From Solirubrobacterales bacterium (GTDB lineage Bacteria > Actinomycetota > Thermoleophilia > Solirubrobacterales > 70-9), in the NCBI GenBank assembly GCA_035266685.1, contig DATFMX010000018.1, forward strand, positions 1 to 60,969: 60,969 nucleotides of DNA, read 5' to 3'. The notes under the pieces are model-generated. The model was given only the letters and a program-made list of their open reading frames with translations. It ran no database searches and was not told the origin of the DNA. The position numbers and the translations under genes are program-made. This document shows, one piece after another, positions 24,959 to 34,564 of the stretch (its first letter is position 1; each line of letters begins with the position of its first letter).

Positions 24959-27900
24959 TCAGCGCTCAGCCGGGACGCCGCCGCCAGGCAGCAACCGGTC
25001 GAGCCACCCTGGCATCCACCAGCTCCACCGGCCGAGGCCCTTCATGATCGCCGGCAGGACGATCAGCCGGATGATGAAGGCGTCGATGAACACGGCGATC
25101 GCCTGGGCGACGCCGAAGTTGCGCAGGGTGACGAACTGCGAGATCGAGAAGCAGAGGAAGACGACGATCATGATCACCGCCGCGCCGGTGATCACCGGCG
25201 CCGTCTGCGCAAGCCCCCTGTCGACAGCTTTGTCGGGCGAGCCGGTGCGCACGTACTCCTCCCGCATGCGGGCGAAGACGAAGACCTCGTAGTCGATCGC
25301 CAGCCCGAAGATGACCATGACGATCGCGGGTATGTCGGCGGCGTCGACGTACCCCGGGCCGCCAAGGAGAGAGTTGTTGAAGAGCAGCGCGAGCACTCCT
25401 ATCGTCGCGCTGACGGTGAGCAGGTTGAGGAGCGCCGCGATCGTCGGAATGGTCAACGACCGCAGCACGAGCACCATGATGATCAGGGTGACGAGCATCA
25501 TCGCGATGCGTGCCAGCTCGGTGCGGTCGGTGAGCGCTTCGTCGATCGTCAGCTGGCTTGCAGCCAGCCCACCGACCACCACTTCGGTGTGGCTCTCGCC
25601 GGCGAATCGCGTCGCTTCGTTGCGAATCAGGTCCAGCGTCCGCTTCCCCTGCGAGGTCGTGATCGGGTCGCGGGGAATCACCATCAGGCGGGCCGTGTGT
25701 CCTCCACGGTCGAGGTCGGTGACGAAGTTGACGAGGTCGCGGCGGGCGGGGTCGCTGCCGTCGAGGCCCGCGAGGTAGAAGTAACCGGAGCGAAAGAGGT
25801 TCGGCGTCTGCCGGCGCAGGCGGTCGAGCGCGGCGGAGTTCGGGCCCGCCTGCGACGCGACCCCGTCCCCGAGTCTGCCCAGGGATCCGGCAAGGCGCTG
25901 CGCGCCGTAGGCGCCGCTTCCCAGTCCTCCGGCGAGATCGGCAGCGCTTCCCCCGAGCCGGCCGAGGCCCGCCTCGAGGTGCTCGGTGCCTTCCTGCAGA
26001 CGCTGCAGGGCGGGTGACAGTTCCGTTCCTTCGGCGGCGAGCCGCTCGGTCCCCGACGAGAATTCGGCGGCGGCGTCGGTCAGGCGCTCGATGCCGCGAT
26101 CGAGTCGTTCGGCGCTCGTCGCCAGCTTTCCGATCCCTTCCACCGCTTCGCCGTTGTCCGCGGCGATTTTGTCCGCCAGGTAGAGCCCGAGTTCGAACTG
26201 GCGCAGACCACGGGTGATGCCGTCGGCTACTCCCTCGTACGTCGGGCTGATCTGCGTTTCGCCTTCGACGGTCTTCCCCGTCAGGTATTCCTGCGCTGCG
26301 CGGAGCGCGCCTTCCAGTGCCGCATACTGCGGATCGGCCTTTCCGGTCGTCATCTGCTGCAGCGCCTGCCAGGCGGCGCCGAGGCGGTCTTCGGCCGAGC
26401 CCAGCGGGCTCTGCGCTCCGGTCAGTTCTGCGCTGCCGGCCTGCATCGCGCTTTCGCTCGCGCGTACGTCTCCTTCCATTTCCTCCAGTTCGTCCCTCGC
26501 GTCTTCCAGCGATTCGGCGAGGCGCGAGACACCGCTGCTGGCTTCGGACGTGCCCTCGGCAAACTTCCCGGCCCCCTTGCTCGTGCGCCGCAGGCCGCCC
26601 GTCAGACGGGCCGATCCGGTGTGCGTCGCCCCCAGGCCCTTGGCGAGCAGGCCGGCCCCGGCGGTCGCCCTTTCGACGCCGCCGCTGATTTCGCTTGCGC
26701 CACCGGCGGCCCTGCGCAAGCCGCTGACGCTGCGCCGCGAGCCGCTCTCGATCCGCGCGATGTCGTTGCCCAGCCTGGTCACCCCGCGCCGCTGCGCGAG
26801 CAGCCTGCGTTCGAAGCCGGAGAGAGACTTCAGGTTGGATGCGACCGCGCCGAGCCCGGCCACGGTCTGCACGCCTTCGGCGCCCGCGATCCGGTTCTGG
26901 AAGGCGACCAGCGAGTGAAATCGCTTCGGTGAGGTCATCGGCTCGCCGCGCCCGCTGACGACGACTTCGATCGGCGCCAGCCAGCCGGGGCCGAGCGCGT
27001 CGGCGACCCTTTCCTCTTCGAGCCGGCCCTTGTCCTTCGGCGGCAGCAATTCCGGCGTCGCAACTCCCGAGTCGAGCGTCGACGCAAGGGCGGCGAGCAC
27101 GAACAGACCGATGACGAAGAGGCCGACAACGCGTGGGCGGCGCACCAGCCGGTTCGAAATCCGCAGGGGGGCGCCCTGGGCCGAGAAGCGCCGCGGCAGC
27201 GTCCAGCGCTCGAGGTTGTCGCCGAGCAGCATGATCGCGGCGGGAACTGCGATCAGCGCCGAGCCGGCGCTGAGTACCGTCGCGATGACGATCGTCAGGG
27301 CGCTGGAGCTGACCACCGTGCCCGGCAGGATCTCGGCGGCGATCAGCATCGCCAGCGACAGGCCCGCTGCTGCGGGGATGATCGAACGGGGGGTCGCGGC
27401 CGCGGTTCGCCGCACGGCTTCGGGCAGATCGTGTTTCAGCCGCTCTTCCCGGAAACGCGAGACGACGAGCAGCGAGTAGTCGACGCCGAGCGCAAGACCC
27501 ATCATCGCCGCCGCCCCCAGGGCGAACGCGTCGATCTCCACGACCCCGAGCAGCGACCTCATGATGCCCTGGGTCGCCGCGGCCACGACGCCGCCGACAA
27601 TCACCGGGATCAGCGCCGCAACCACCGACCGGAAGACCAGCAGGAGCACGAGCATCAGGACGGGGATCGCGATCGCCTCGCCGGTTTGAGCGGCACCCTT
27701 GTTGGCCTCGACGTAGGATCCGAATAGCTGCGGCAGGCCGCCGATGCTCGCGTCGACCGGCGGCGAGACCGTCCGGTCGACCTCCCCTTCGACCAGCTCG
27801 AGCACCCGCGTAAGCGCCTCGTTGCTCTGGTGCCCGACCCTGACCACCAGGCCGGCGACCCGTGGCCGCGGCCTCAGACCCCCGAGCGTGCCTCCCGCCG

Positions 27901-28249
27901 TCCAGGGCGAGACGACGACCGTGTCTGGCAAGGCGTCGATGCGCCTTGCCAGCTTTCGCCCCTGCCGCTCGACCACCGCCCGCGGACCGCGCAAGGCGAC
28001 GACCATGCTTTCGTCGCTGCCGAACTGGCGCAGGCTGATCTCGCGGGCCTTCGCCGGTTCGCTGCCCTCGATGTAGAGCGGGTGCGAGTGCAGCTGGTCG
28101 GGGAGGTTCCTGCCGACGAAAGCGAGCACTACGACGAGCACGACCCAGGCGCCGAGCATCAGGCGCGGGTGCCTGGTCAACAACCCGCCGAGCCCGTAGG
28201 CGCGAGGACCGCGCGAGGGCCCCGCTCCGCGCTTACCTGTCGCGTTCAT
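24959..28249 (-). CDS. MMPL-family (RND superfamily) transporter with a long coiled/heptad YhgE/Pip-like extracytoplasmic insert
   Basis: 1096 aa. There are two blocks of about 6 TM helices (e.g. GEAIAIPVLMLVLLLVFRSVVAALIPVIVGG; AVIMIVVFLCFSISQFVTLRNFGVAQAIAVFIDAFIIRLIVLPAIM). They flank about 400 aa of Gly/Ala/Ser/Leu heptad-like repeats (GVERATAGAGLLAKGLGATHTGSARLTGGLRRTSKGAGKFAEG...). Confidence 0.85.
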   Translation of the reverse strand: MNATGKRGAGPSRGPRAYGLGGLLTRHPRLMLGAWVVLVVVLAFVGRNLPDQLHSHPLYIEGSEPAKAREISLRQFGSDESMVVALRGPRAVVERQGRKLARRIDALPDTVVVSPWTAGGTLGGLRPRPRVAGLVVRVGHQSNEALTRVLELVEGEVDRTVSPPVDASIGGLPQLFGSYVEANKGAAQTGEAIAIPVLMLVLLLVFRSVVAALIPVIVGGVVAAATQGIMRSLLGVVEIDAFALGAAAMMGLALGVDYSLLVVSRFREERLKHDLPEAVRRTAAATPRSIIPAAAGLSLAMLIAAEILPGTVVSSSALTIVIATVLSAGSALIAVPAAIMLLGDNLERWTLPRRFSAQGAPLRISNRLVRRPRVVGLFVIGLFVLAALASTLDSGVATPELLPPKDKGRLEEERVADALGPGWLAPIEVVVSGRGEPMTSPKRFHSLVAFQNRIAGAEGVQTVAGLGAVASNLKSLSGFERRLLAQRRGVTRLGNDIARIESGSRRSVSGLRRAAGGASEISGGVERATAGAGLLAKGLGATHTGSARLTGGLRRTSKGAGKFAEGTSEASSGVSRLAESLEDARDELEEMEGDVRASESAMQAGSAELTGAQSPLGSAEDRLGAAWQALQQMTTGKADPQYAALEGALRAAQEYLTGKTVEGETQISPTYEGVADGITRGLRQFELGLYLADKIAADNGEAVEGIGKLATSAERLDRGIERLTDAAAEFSSGTERLAAEGTELSPALQRLQEGTEHLEAGLGRLGGSAADLAGGLGSGAYGAQRLAGSLGRLGDGVASQAGPNSAALDRLRRQTPNLFRSGYFYLAGLDGSDPARRDLVNFVTDLDRGGHTARLMVIPRDPITTSQGKRTLDLIRNEATRFAGESHTEVVVGGLAASQLTIDEALTDRTELARIAMMLVTLIIMVLVLRSLTIPTIAALLNLLTVSATIGVLALLFNNSLLGGPGYVDAADIPAIVMVIFGLAIDYEVFVFARMREEYVRTGSPDKAVDRGLAQTAPVITGAAVIMIVVFLCFSISQFVTLRNFGVAQAIAVFIDAFIIRLIVLPAIMKGLGRWSWWMPGWLDRLLPGGGVPAER

Positions 28250-30849
28250 CTATTCCGCTTGTGCTTGCGCCAGACGCGCTTGTGCCTGTGCCCGCTGCGC
28301 CTGTGCTTCCTGAGCTGGCGCTTCGAGCAGCCCGCCCCGAGCCGCACCGTCATCTTCCGACTGGCGCCGTCGTGTCCTTCGAGCTCGATTGGGGTCTTCA
28401 GCCGGGCGCGCCGGCATGCCTTGCGAGCCAGCGAGAAGAGAGAGCGCTTTCCGGTGCCGCCGCTGACACGCATGGTGAAGCTGGAGAGCGGCAGGTCCGG
28501 GATATCGACCAGTTCCGTGTTGAGCCTGCCGCGCTGTGCCGTCGACTCGCCCTTCAGCTGCAGCTTCACACCCATGCCCTCGACGCTGGTCCAGAGATCG
28601 GGAACGCCGTTCTTCCGGTCGGGCTGGACCAGGTAGACCGGCCCGCGCAGCGCCCCATCCAGAAGCGGTGTAAAGGCGATTCCGGTGCCGACGCGAGAGC
28701 CGGGACGGCAGCGATCTTCAAGCGCGTCATCGCGCGCGCAGACTTCCTGGACCGCGGAGTTGTGGAACCTGACGACGCGTGGAAACTCGACGCTGAACCG
28801 CTTCAGGTTCGCATTCGCTCCGGGCATCCGCACCCTGAACGAGAGCTCGGGCCGCCCGGCGTACCGGCCTCGCCGCTTGAGCGCCACCGCGAACCTCGGT
28901 CGGAACCGGAGCGAGTCGCAGCGGCCGACGTTGAACGGGCCCGAGACGTCGGCCGCCCTGCCGTCGACCGACCACACCGTCGAGGCGAGCGTCTCCGTCT
29001 CGCAGGAGGTGGGGTTGACCAGGAAGCCGGGGCGATCGAGGTCGATCGCAATCGTGCGGAACCGCAACGGAACTCCTTCGAAGACCGCGGGCAGCAGGTG
29101 CTCGATCGTGATCTGGCCGGTGTGCGGGTCGATGCTGAGGCTTCCCCGGACCACGAACGTGCCGAGGTCGTACGGCCCGATCGCCGCCCTGAATACGATC
29201 GCCAGGCCGAACGCCGCGCCCCTGTAGGGCTCGGTGAGGTACACCGAGCCCGACACTGAGGCCGGATTCGGTCCCGAACCCACCTCGGCCTTCGCCGAGC
29301 CGATCCTGCTCACCTCCGCGCAGGCGCCGGCGTCGGCAGAGGAGGACGAGCAGCGGTCGACGGTCCTCAGCCTCGCCGTCAGGCCGGGAGGCAGGGTGGT
29401 CGCGAATTTCCCCGGCAGTTGCTGCCCGTTGCCGCGAGTGAGGGTCAGCGCGAAGCCGGTGGTCCTGCCGGCGAGAACGTCGGTGCTGCCGGCGCTGAGG
29501 CCCGGAGAGTAGGGCGGCGACCCGCCGCAGGGCGTCCCGATGTTCACCGTGGCCGACGATTCGACCGCGGGGCCGCCGGCGTCGGAGACGAAACGGGCCC
29601 TCGCGGTGGATGGCCCGCAGGAGAGCGGCGTCGCGAGCAGGGCATGCGGCCCGCCTTCGAAGTTCAGCGAGATCTGGCTCACCGCGAACGACGGCAGGCC
29701 GTTCAGCTCGGTCGAGATCTGGCCGGTCCGCGGATCGGTGGCGAGCTGCGCGGCGACCTTGTAGTCGATGCCCCGCGCCGACCCGTGGATGAACAGGCGG
29801 AAGCGTTCGCCCGGCCGTTCCTCCCCGAGGTAGATCGAGCCGACGAGGTTTTCGGCGAGCTGTGGGGTGCTGATCTCGACCGAGCCGACCCGAGAGCGGA
29901 ACGGGCAGGTGACCGGACGTTCGGTCCCGAGTCCGAACTGAGCATCGGAGCAGAGCTCCCTGCCCTCGACGCCAGCGGGCGCAACCGTCAACCCGGGCGG
30001 GAAGTCGATGTGGACCTGTTTGAGGTTCGCACCCACGCTTCCGTCGGGATCGCTGAGCTCCGGCAGGTTGAGGTCGATCCTGGCGCCGGTGGGCGAATCC
30101 GGGTTCGTGTCGGTCAGATGGAGACCGAGGCTGGGTTCGAATGGCAGGCTTTCGCAACCCGTGAAGGGATCGCTTTCGGCGGTTTCGGTCAACCATGGCG
30201 CCCCCGGTTCCCAGGAGCGCGTGTGGAGCACAAACCCGAGCGTCCCGCATTCGGTCGGCGTGGTCAGAAACGGCACTCGTTCGGGGGAGCCGTTGTGGTC
30301 GGCCGGAACGCCCCACAGTTCGACATGCCCGTTATTGAAGGGGAGCTGCGGCATGTCGTACGTCGAGATGTCGAGCCCGTAGTCGTCGGGCCGCAGCTTC
30401 ATCTCGAGCTCGGTCTCCCAGAACGGCTTGAACGCCAGGGCGGCGAGCTGGCCCGGCGCGGGCGTGATGTTGAAGATCGGCGCGTTGATGCCTTCGCCGC
30501 CGATGAACAGCACGGAGAATTTTCCGACCTGCGTATCGGCCGGACATTCGTCGAATTCATAGATCACCCGCGAGCAGGTTTTCGTGGCGATCGGCGATCC
30601 GGTCAGGCCCGGCGCGAATTCGAACAGCAGGTCCCGCGCCGCCGTGCCGACGCCGGTCGTTTCGATGTTGAAGTCGAGCACCAGGCGATCGGGGTGTGCG
30701 CCGGCGCGATTGTCCGGGTTGCCGCCGCTGTCCAGCGCCTGGACCCGGACGCTTCCGGGTTCGATCGCGAAGCCTCCATAGCTTGCCGACGGCATCGCCG
30801 CCGCTGCCAGCAAGAGGAGGACGAGGGCGGTCGTCGTGCGTTTCGTCAT
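28246..30849 (-). CDS. Large secreted beta-rich hypothetical protein with a basic tail
   Basis: The signal peptide is MTKRTTTALVLLLLAAAAMPSASYG. The protein is 867 aa and rich in G/P/T/S with paired Cys. The tail is KRQLRKHRRSGHRHKRVWRKHKRNR. Both of its ends overlap neighbouring genes by 4 nt (ATGA). Confidence 0.7.
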   Translation of the reverse strand: MTKRTTTALVLLLLAAAAMPSASYGGFAIEPGSVRVQALDSGGNPDNRAGAHPDRLVLDFNIETTGVGTAARDLLFEFAPGLTGSPIATKTCSRVIYEFDECPADTQVGKFSVLFIGGEGINAPIFNITPAPGQLAALAFKPFWETELEMKLRPDDYGLDISTYDMPQLPFNNGHVELWGVPADHNGSPERVPFLTTPTECGTLGFVLHTRSWEPGAPWLTETAESDPFTGCESLPFEPSLGLHLTDTNPDSPTGARIDLNLPELSDPDGSVGANLKQVHIDFPPGLTVAPAGVEGRELCSDAQFGLGTERPVTCPFRSRVGSVEISTPQLAENLVGSIYLGEERPGERFRLFIHGSARGIDYKVAAQLATDPRTGQISTELNGLPSFAVSQISLNFEGGPHALLATPLSCGPSTARARFVSDAGGPAVESSATVNIGTPCGGSPPYSPGLSAGSTDVLAGRTTGFALTLTRGNGQQLPGKFATTLPPGLTARLRTVDRCSSSSADAGACAEVSRIGSAKAEVGSGPNPASVSGSVYLTEPYRGAAFGLAIVFRAAIGPYDLGTFVVRGSLSIDPHTGQITIEHLLPAVFEGVPLRFRTIAIDLDRPGFLVNPTSCETETLASTVWSVDGRAADVSGPFNVGRCDSLRFRPRFAVALKRRGRYAGRPELSFRVRMPGANANLKRFSVEFPRVVRFHNSAVQEVCARDDALEDRCRPGSRVGTGIAFTPLLDGALRGPVYLVQPDRKNGVPDLWTSVEGMGVKLQLKGESTAQRGRLNTELVDIPDLPLSSFTMRVSGGTGKRSLFSLARKACRRARLKTPIELEGHDGASRKMTVRLGAGCSKRQLRKHRRSGHRHKRVWRKHKRNR

Positions 30850-32969
30850 CCGAGCTTCACCCTTACGACCCGTGAGATGCGAAGCCGTCGCTGGCGAATC
30901 GTCAAGCGCACCTTCCTGACACCCGGCCGCGCCATGCGGGAGGCCTTCGTCAGCCGTAGTCTTAAGCGGGTCCTGCCCGAACGCTTGACGCGCTTCGCGC
31001 CCCGCGCCAGAACGATCCTCCGGTGCTTACCGCGAACCCAAAGCCGGCCGACGAGCCGCCCGCGCGCGGGCGGCGCGACGACCGCCACGACTGCGTTCCT
31101 CCTCGGCCTGACCGCGACACGGAGCAGCCGCAGCCGCGCCTTCCGCGTTCGCCCCTTCGGCAGCGGAACCGAGCTCGGCGGAGTCTCGCGCGTCAGCCGC
31201 GGTTGGCTGGGGAGCGGGCAGCTGGAGCTGTCGCATGCCGCGCCCTCCGGTTCTTTCGGGAAGCCACCTTCGAGCCGGGCCGCGTAGATGTCCCTGCCTT
31301 CTCCGTCCACGTCGGCTGGGACGAGATCGGCGTTCGTCGCGAACAGCGCCGTCCGGCCGTCCCTGCTGGCCCCTGCGAAATCCGATTTCAACGGCAGATA
31401 GCTCGGCGAGATCAGGCCGAGCGCGCCATGCGCGTACTCGTAGACGTCGAACTCGGCGTTGGTGTCTTCGGGGAGCAGCGACTCCTCGGTCATGAAGAAG
31501 ACGCGTTCCCCGCTGTCGTCGATCGCGTGGTAGGGCCGCAGGTCTCCGGCTTCGAATTCGTGCTGGTTGAGCGGGGAAGGCGCGGTGATGCCCACCGGAA
31601 AGGCGCCGTTTCCGCCGATCGAACCCGCCGAGACTCTCGTCAGCTTTTCTTCGCCCGCGTCGTAGAGATAGGCGTCCGCCTGACTGTCCGTGTCGCTCGG
31701 GAGGACCTGCGCGGAGGTGGCGAAGAGCGCCCTGCCGCCATCGGGCGTCAACTGGATCTGACGTTCTTCCAAGACGGTCGGGATCGATCCTTCGGCGACC
31801 AACCGCTCGCCGCCCCCGTCGGCGACGAACAGCTTCTGACCGGTCGCCGATTCGCCGGGCAGCAGTTCGCCGGAGCCGGTGAAGTAGACCCGGTCGCCGA
31901 CGTCCGCCGGGCTGGCGTCGGCGCTGTCGACGGAGCCGGTCGCCGACGGCGCGCCGCCGCTGACGAGGGTCAGCTCGCCGCTTTCGACGTCGTATCTGTA
32001 CAGGTCCCGCTTGGAGTCTTCGTCGGCGTCGGTCAGCTGCTGCGTCGTCGTCATGTAGGCGACGCTGCCCGACCGGTTGGCGCCGGCGAAGCTGACGTTG
32101 GCGGCGGCGTTGCAGTCGACCCGGGCGCAGCGAGAGGAGGAGATCTCAGTAGTCGTGCCGTCTTCCAGGTTCCGGAGGTAGACGCTTTCGGTCCCGTTGC
32201 AGGAAGCCGGCACCGAGAAGAACACACGGTCACCCGACGCTGCCATCCCGTTGGACTTGGAGATCTTGGCGCCGCAGGTCGAGAGCAGGGCGCCGCCGGT
32301 GTCGACATCGACGAGCTGAAGGCCGCCGTTCCTCCAGGCGTAGATCGACTTCCCCGTCGTCCTCCCGGCGTCCGCGGGGAGCAGGTGCTCCCGGGTGTCG
32401 AAGACGATCCGGCCACCGTCGCTCGAGATGCCCGCGAAGCCCCGGTATTCGAGGGGCGCCGCGATGCCAACGGGAGCGACGAGCTCGAGTGGCTGCCCGG
32501 TAACGTCGCGGTACAGTGCGGTTTCGCCTTCCGGCGGCCCGTCAGGGGTGAGCGGCACCAGCGAAGCCCACAGCCTGGTCTGTAGATCCTCGCTGAAGGA
32601 CACAGGCCTGATCGGCTCGAACAGCGTAAAGATGTTGGTCGATTCGATCTTGAAGGCGGGCCCGAGCGGCGTGTTGAGCCAACCCGACGAGCCGCGCGCG
32701 GAGGCGTCATATCCGAAGAGCGCCCCGGAAGGGCTTCCCGGCGGAGGCCCCACGGTCGAGTATGTGACCCTGTCGCCGTCCTCACCGAGCGGGCGGTTGC
32801 CCAGCACCCGCGAGGACGACGGGTTCTTGAGGGTGGTCAACTCCCAGACGCGTCCGTTCGCCGGCACCGCGGCCCCAACGTCAGCAGTCGGCGCAGCGGA
32901 CACCGCGACCGCCACGGTTAATGCGAGTACGACGTTCCTTACTCCCCTTGCCACAGAAAGGCCTCCCAT
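30846..32969 (-). CDS. Secreted PD40/TolB-like beta-propeller repeat protein with an Arg-rich C-terminal module
   Basis: The start is set at MGGLSVARGVRNVVLALTVAVAVSAAPTADVGA (ATG 32969). Repeats are ISSDGGRIVFDTREHLLPADAG, LTPDGGRALFATSAQVLPSDTDSQADAYLYD, IDDSGERVFFMTEESLLPEDTNAEFDVYEY and ASRDGRTALFATNADLVPADVDGEGRDIYAA. The tail is ...RGAKRVKRSGRTRLRLRLTKASRMARPGVRKVRLTIRQRRLRISRVVRV. Confidence 0.7.
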   Translation of the reverse strand: MGGLSVARGVRNVVLALTVAVAVSAAPTADVGAAVPANGRVWELTTLKNPSSSRVLGNRPLGEDGDRVTYSTVGPPPGSPSGALFGYDASARGSSGWLNTPLGPAFKIESTNIFTLFEPIRPVSFSEDLQTRLWASLVPLTPDGPPEGETALYRDVTGQPLELVAPVGIAAPLEYRGFAGISSDGGRIVFDTREHLLPADAGRTTGKSIYAWRNGGLQLVDVDTGGALLSTCGAKISKSNGMAASGDRVFFSVPASCNGTESVYLRNLEDGTTTEISSSRCARVDCNAAANVSFAGANRSGSVAYMTTTQQLTDADEDSKRDLYRYDVESGELTLVSGGAPSATGSVDSADASPADVGDRVYFTGSGELLPGESATGQKLFVADGGGERLVAEGSIPTVLEERQIQLTPDGGRALFATSAQVLPSDTDSQADAYLYDAGEEKLTRVSAGSIGGNGAFPVGITAPSPLNQHEFEAGDLRPYHAIDDSGERVFFMTEESLLPEDTNAEFDVYEYAHGALGLISPSYLPLKSDFAGASRDGRTALFATNADLVPADVDGEGRDIYAARLEGGFPKEPEGAACDSSSCPLPSQPRLTRETPPSSVPLPKGRTRKARLRLLRVAVRPRRNAVVAVVAPPARGRLVGRLWVRGKHRRIVLARGAKRVKRSGRTRLRLRLTKASRMARPGVRKVRLTIRQRRLRISRVVRVKLG

Positions 32970-33051
32970 GAGCGCCGAATCCCCCGTCGACGAGAAGCGG
33001 AAAACTACCACAACCCAAGAACTCACAGGAATATTAGGAGAGGTTCAAGAA

Positions 33052-33080
33052 GTAACTGACAGTACCAATATGACTGTTAC
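33052..33080. promoter_or_regulatory. AT-rich divergent promoter region with GTAACTGAC / ACCAATATG boxes
   Basis: GTAACTGACAGTACCAATATGACTGTTAC lies in the 160-bp gap between the minus-strand propeller operon and ACP1. Related boxes recur at 41469..41475 and 43571..43611. Confidence 0.35.
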
Positions 33081-33128
33081 ACATATGCGGGCGCGGCGAC
33101 TCCGTTTTCGGTTAGCCTGACGCGCAAT

Positions 33129-33392
33129 ATGATCGTGGGGGTCGAGGAGATGGTGGGGCAGCTGATGGGAATCATGGAACGCGAGATCGGTGATGTGAGC
33201 CCTTCGCGCGACGATTTCGGCACCGACTCGATCGCCCGCCTGAACCTCGACTCGCTCGGCCTGATCGGCTTTCTCGCCGCGGTGGAAGAGGAGTTCCGGA
33301 TCGAATGGGATCCTGACGTGGACATCGACGTGCTCCGCTCCTTCGACGCGATGGCTCGCTACGTGCTCGAGCAGAGCTCGGATCCGTCTTGA
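33129..33392 (+). CDS. Free-standing acyl/peptidyl carrier protein (ACP1)
   Basis: 87 aa. The phosphopantetheine site context is ARLNLDSLGLIGFLAAVEEEF (DSL motif). Confidence 0.75.
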   Translation: MIVGVEEMVGQLMGIMEREIGDVSPSRDDFGTDSIARLNLDSLGLIGFLAAVEEEFRIEWDPDVDIDVLRSFDAMARYVLEQSSDPS

Positions 33393-34564
33393 CCGACGAA
33401 GCGGTTTCGGATCGGCGGGGGATGCACCTGGTCAGTGGCGCGACCGGGTTCCTCGGCGCAGCCCTGGTGCTCGAGCTGCTCGAGCGGACCGAGGGCGATG
33501 TCGCCTGCCTGGTCCGCCCGAGTCACGATGCCGAGCGCGCCCGGTCCCGGCTCACCGAGGCGCTCAAACGCGCCTTTGCGCTCTACGGCCGAACCGACCT
33601 GCTGCCGGCGATCGAAGAGCGCTGCCGCAGCGTGCCCTTCGATCTGCGCGAGGAAGACGACGCAGCCGCGGAGCGACTGCCGGCCGGGATCGCCGAAGTC
33701 TGGCACTCGGCCGCTTCGCTGAGGTTCAAGCAGAAACAGCGCGAGAAGATCTTCGAGCAGAACGTCGAGGGCACCCGTCGCATGCTGCGGCTGGCCACCG
33801 ACGCCGGGGCCGAAGCCTTCAACTACGTGAGCACGGCCTACGTGGCGGGGACGCGGAGCGGCCTGGTCCCGGAGGAGCCGGCGCGCGACCCGAGCGTCGC
33901 CCACAACGCCTACGAGGAGAGCAAGGTCCGCGCCGAGACGCTGGTCGACGAGTGGGACGGGCTGCACACCCGGATCATGCGGCCCAGCATCGTCATCGGT
34001 CACACCGGGACGTTCGCGGCGATCTCCAATACGGGGCTTTACGGCTTCATCCTCGGCGTGCAACGCGCGCGGGAGGAGGTCGAAGGCCGCAAGCTCGGCG
34101 GCTTCCTGGCGCACCGTCAGATCCGGCTGCGCGGCGAAGGCGAGGCGCCGATCAACCTGATCCCGGTCGACGTCGTCGCCGGCAACGCCGTGCGGATCGC
34201 CCAGTCGCCGAGCGAGGCCGGCGTCTTCCACCTCGCCAACGCGACGCCGCCGAGCGCGGCGGAGGTCGGCCGCGTCGTCTTCGGCGCGCTGGGCATGGCC
34301 GAGCCGCGCTGGGTCGAAGACGACGACGAGTTCACCCTGATCGACGAAAAGCTCGACGAGCAGCCCCGCACCGACTTCTTCCGCACCTACCTCTCCCGCG
34401 ACAGGGTCTTCGACCTCGCCAACACCGACGCGGCGCTCGGCGAGCAGGCCTCGACGATCTCCTTCGACGACGGAGAGCTGGCGCCCTACATCGAGTGGTA
34501 CCTGGGGATGGTCAAGCAGGTGCGCGACGAGCAGCGGGCTCGGCTCGGCGTCAGCCCGGGCTGA
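33389..34564 (+). CDS. Thioester reductase-type SDR (NAD_binding_4 / fatty acyl reductase-like)
   Basis: HLVSGATGFLGAALVLELLER (TGxxG), YVSTAYV and NAYEESK (YxxxK) are present. The TTG start overlaps the ACP1 stop (TTGA). An alternative ATG lies at 33422. Confidence 0.8.
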   Translation: MTDEAVSDRRGMHLVSGATGFLGAALVLELLERTEGDVACLVRPSHDAERARSRLTEALKRAFALYGRTDLLPAIEERCRSVPFDLREEDDAAAERLPAGIAEVWHSAASLRFKQKQREKIFEQNVEGTRRMLRLATDAGAEAFNYVSTAYVAGTRSGLVPEEPARDPSVAHNAYEESKVRAETLVDEWDGLHTRIMRPSIVIGHTGTFAAISNTGLYGFILGVQRAREEVEGRKLGGFLAHRQIRLRGEGEAPINLIPVDVVAGNAVRIAQSPSEAGVFHLANATPPSAAEVGRVVFGALGMAEPRWVEDDDEFTLIDEKLDEQPRTDFFRTYLSRDRVFDLANTDAALGEQASTISFDDGELAPYIEWYLGMVKQVRDEQRARLGVSPG

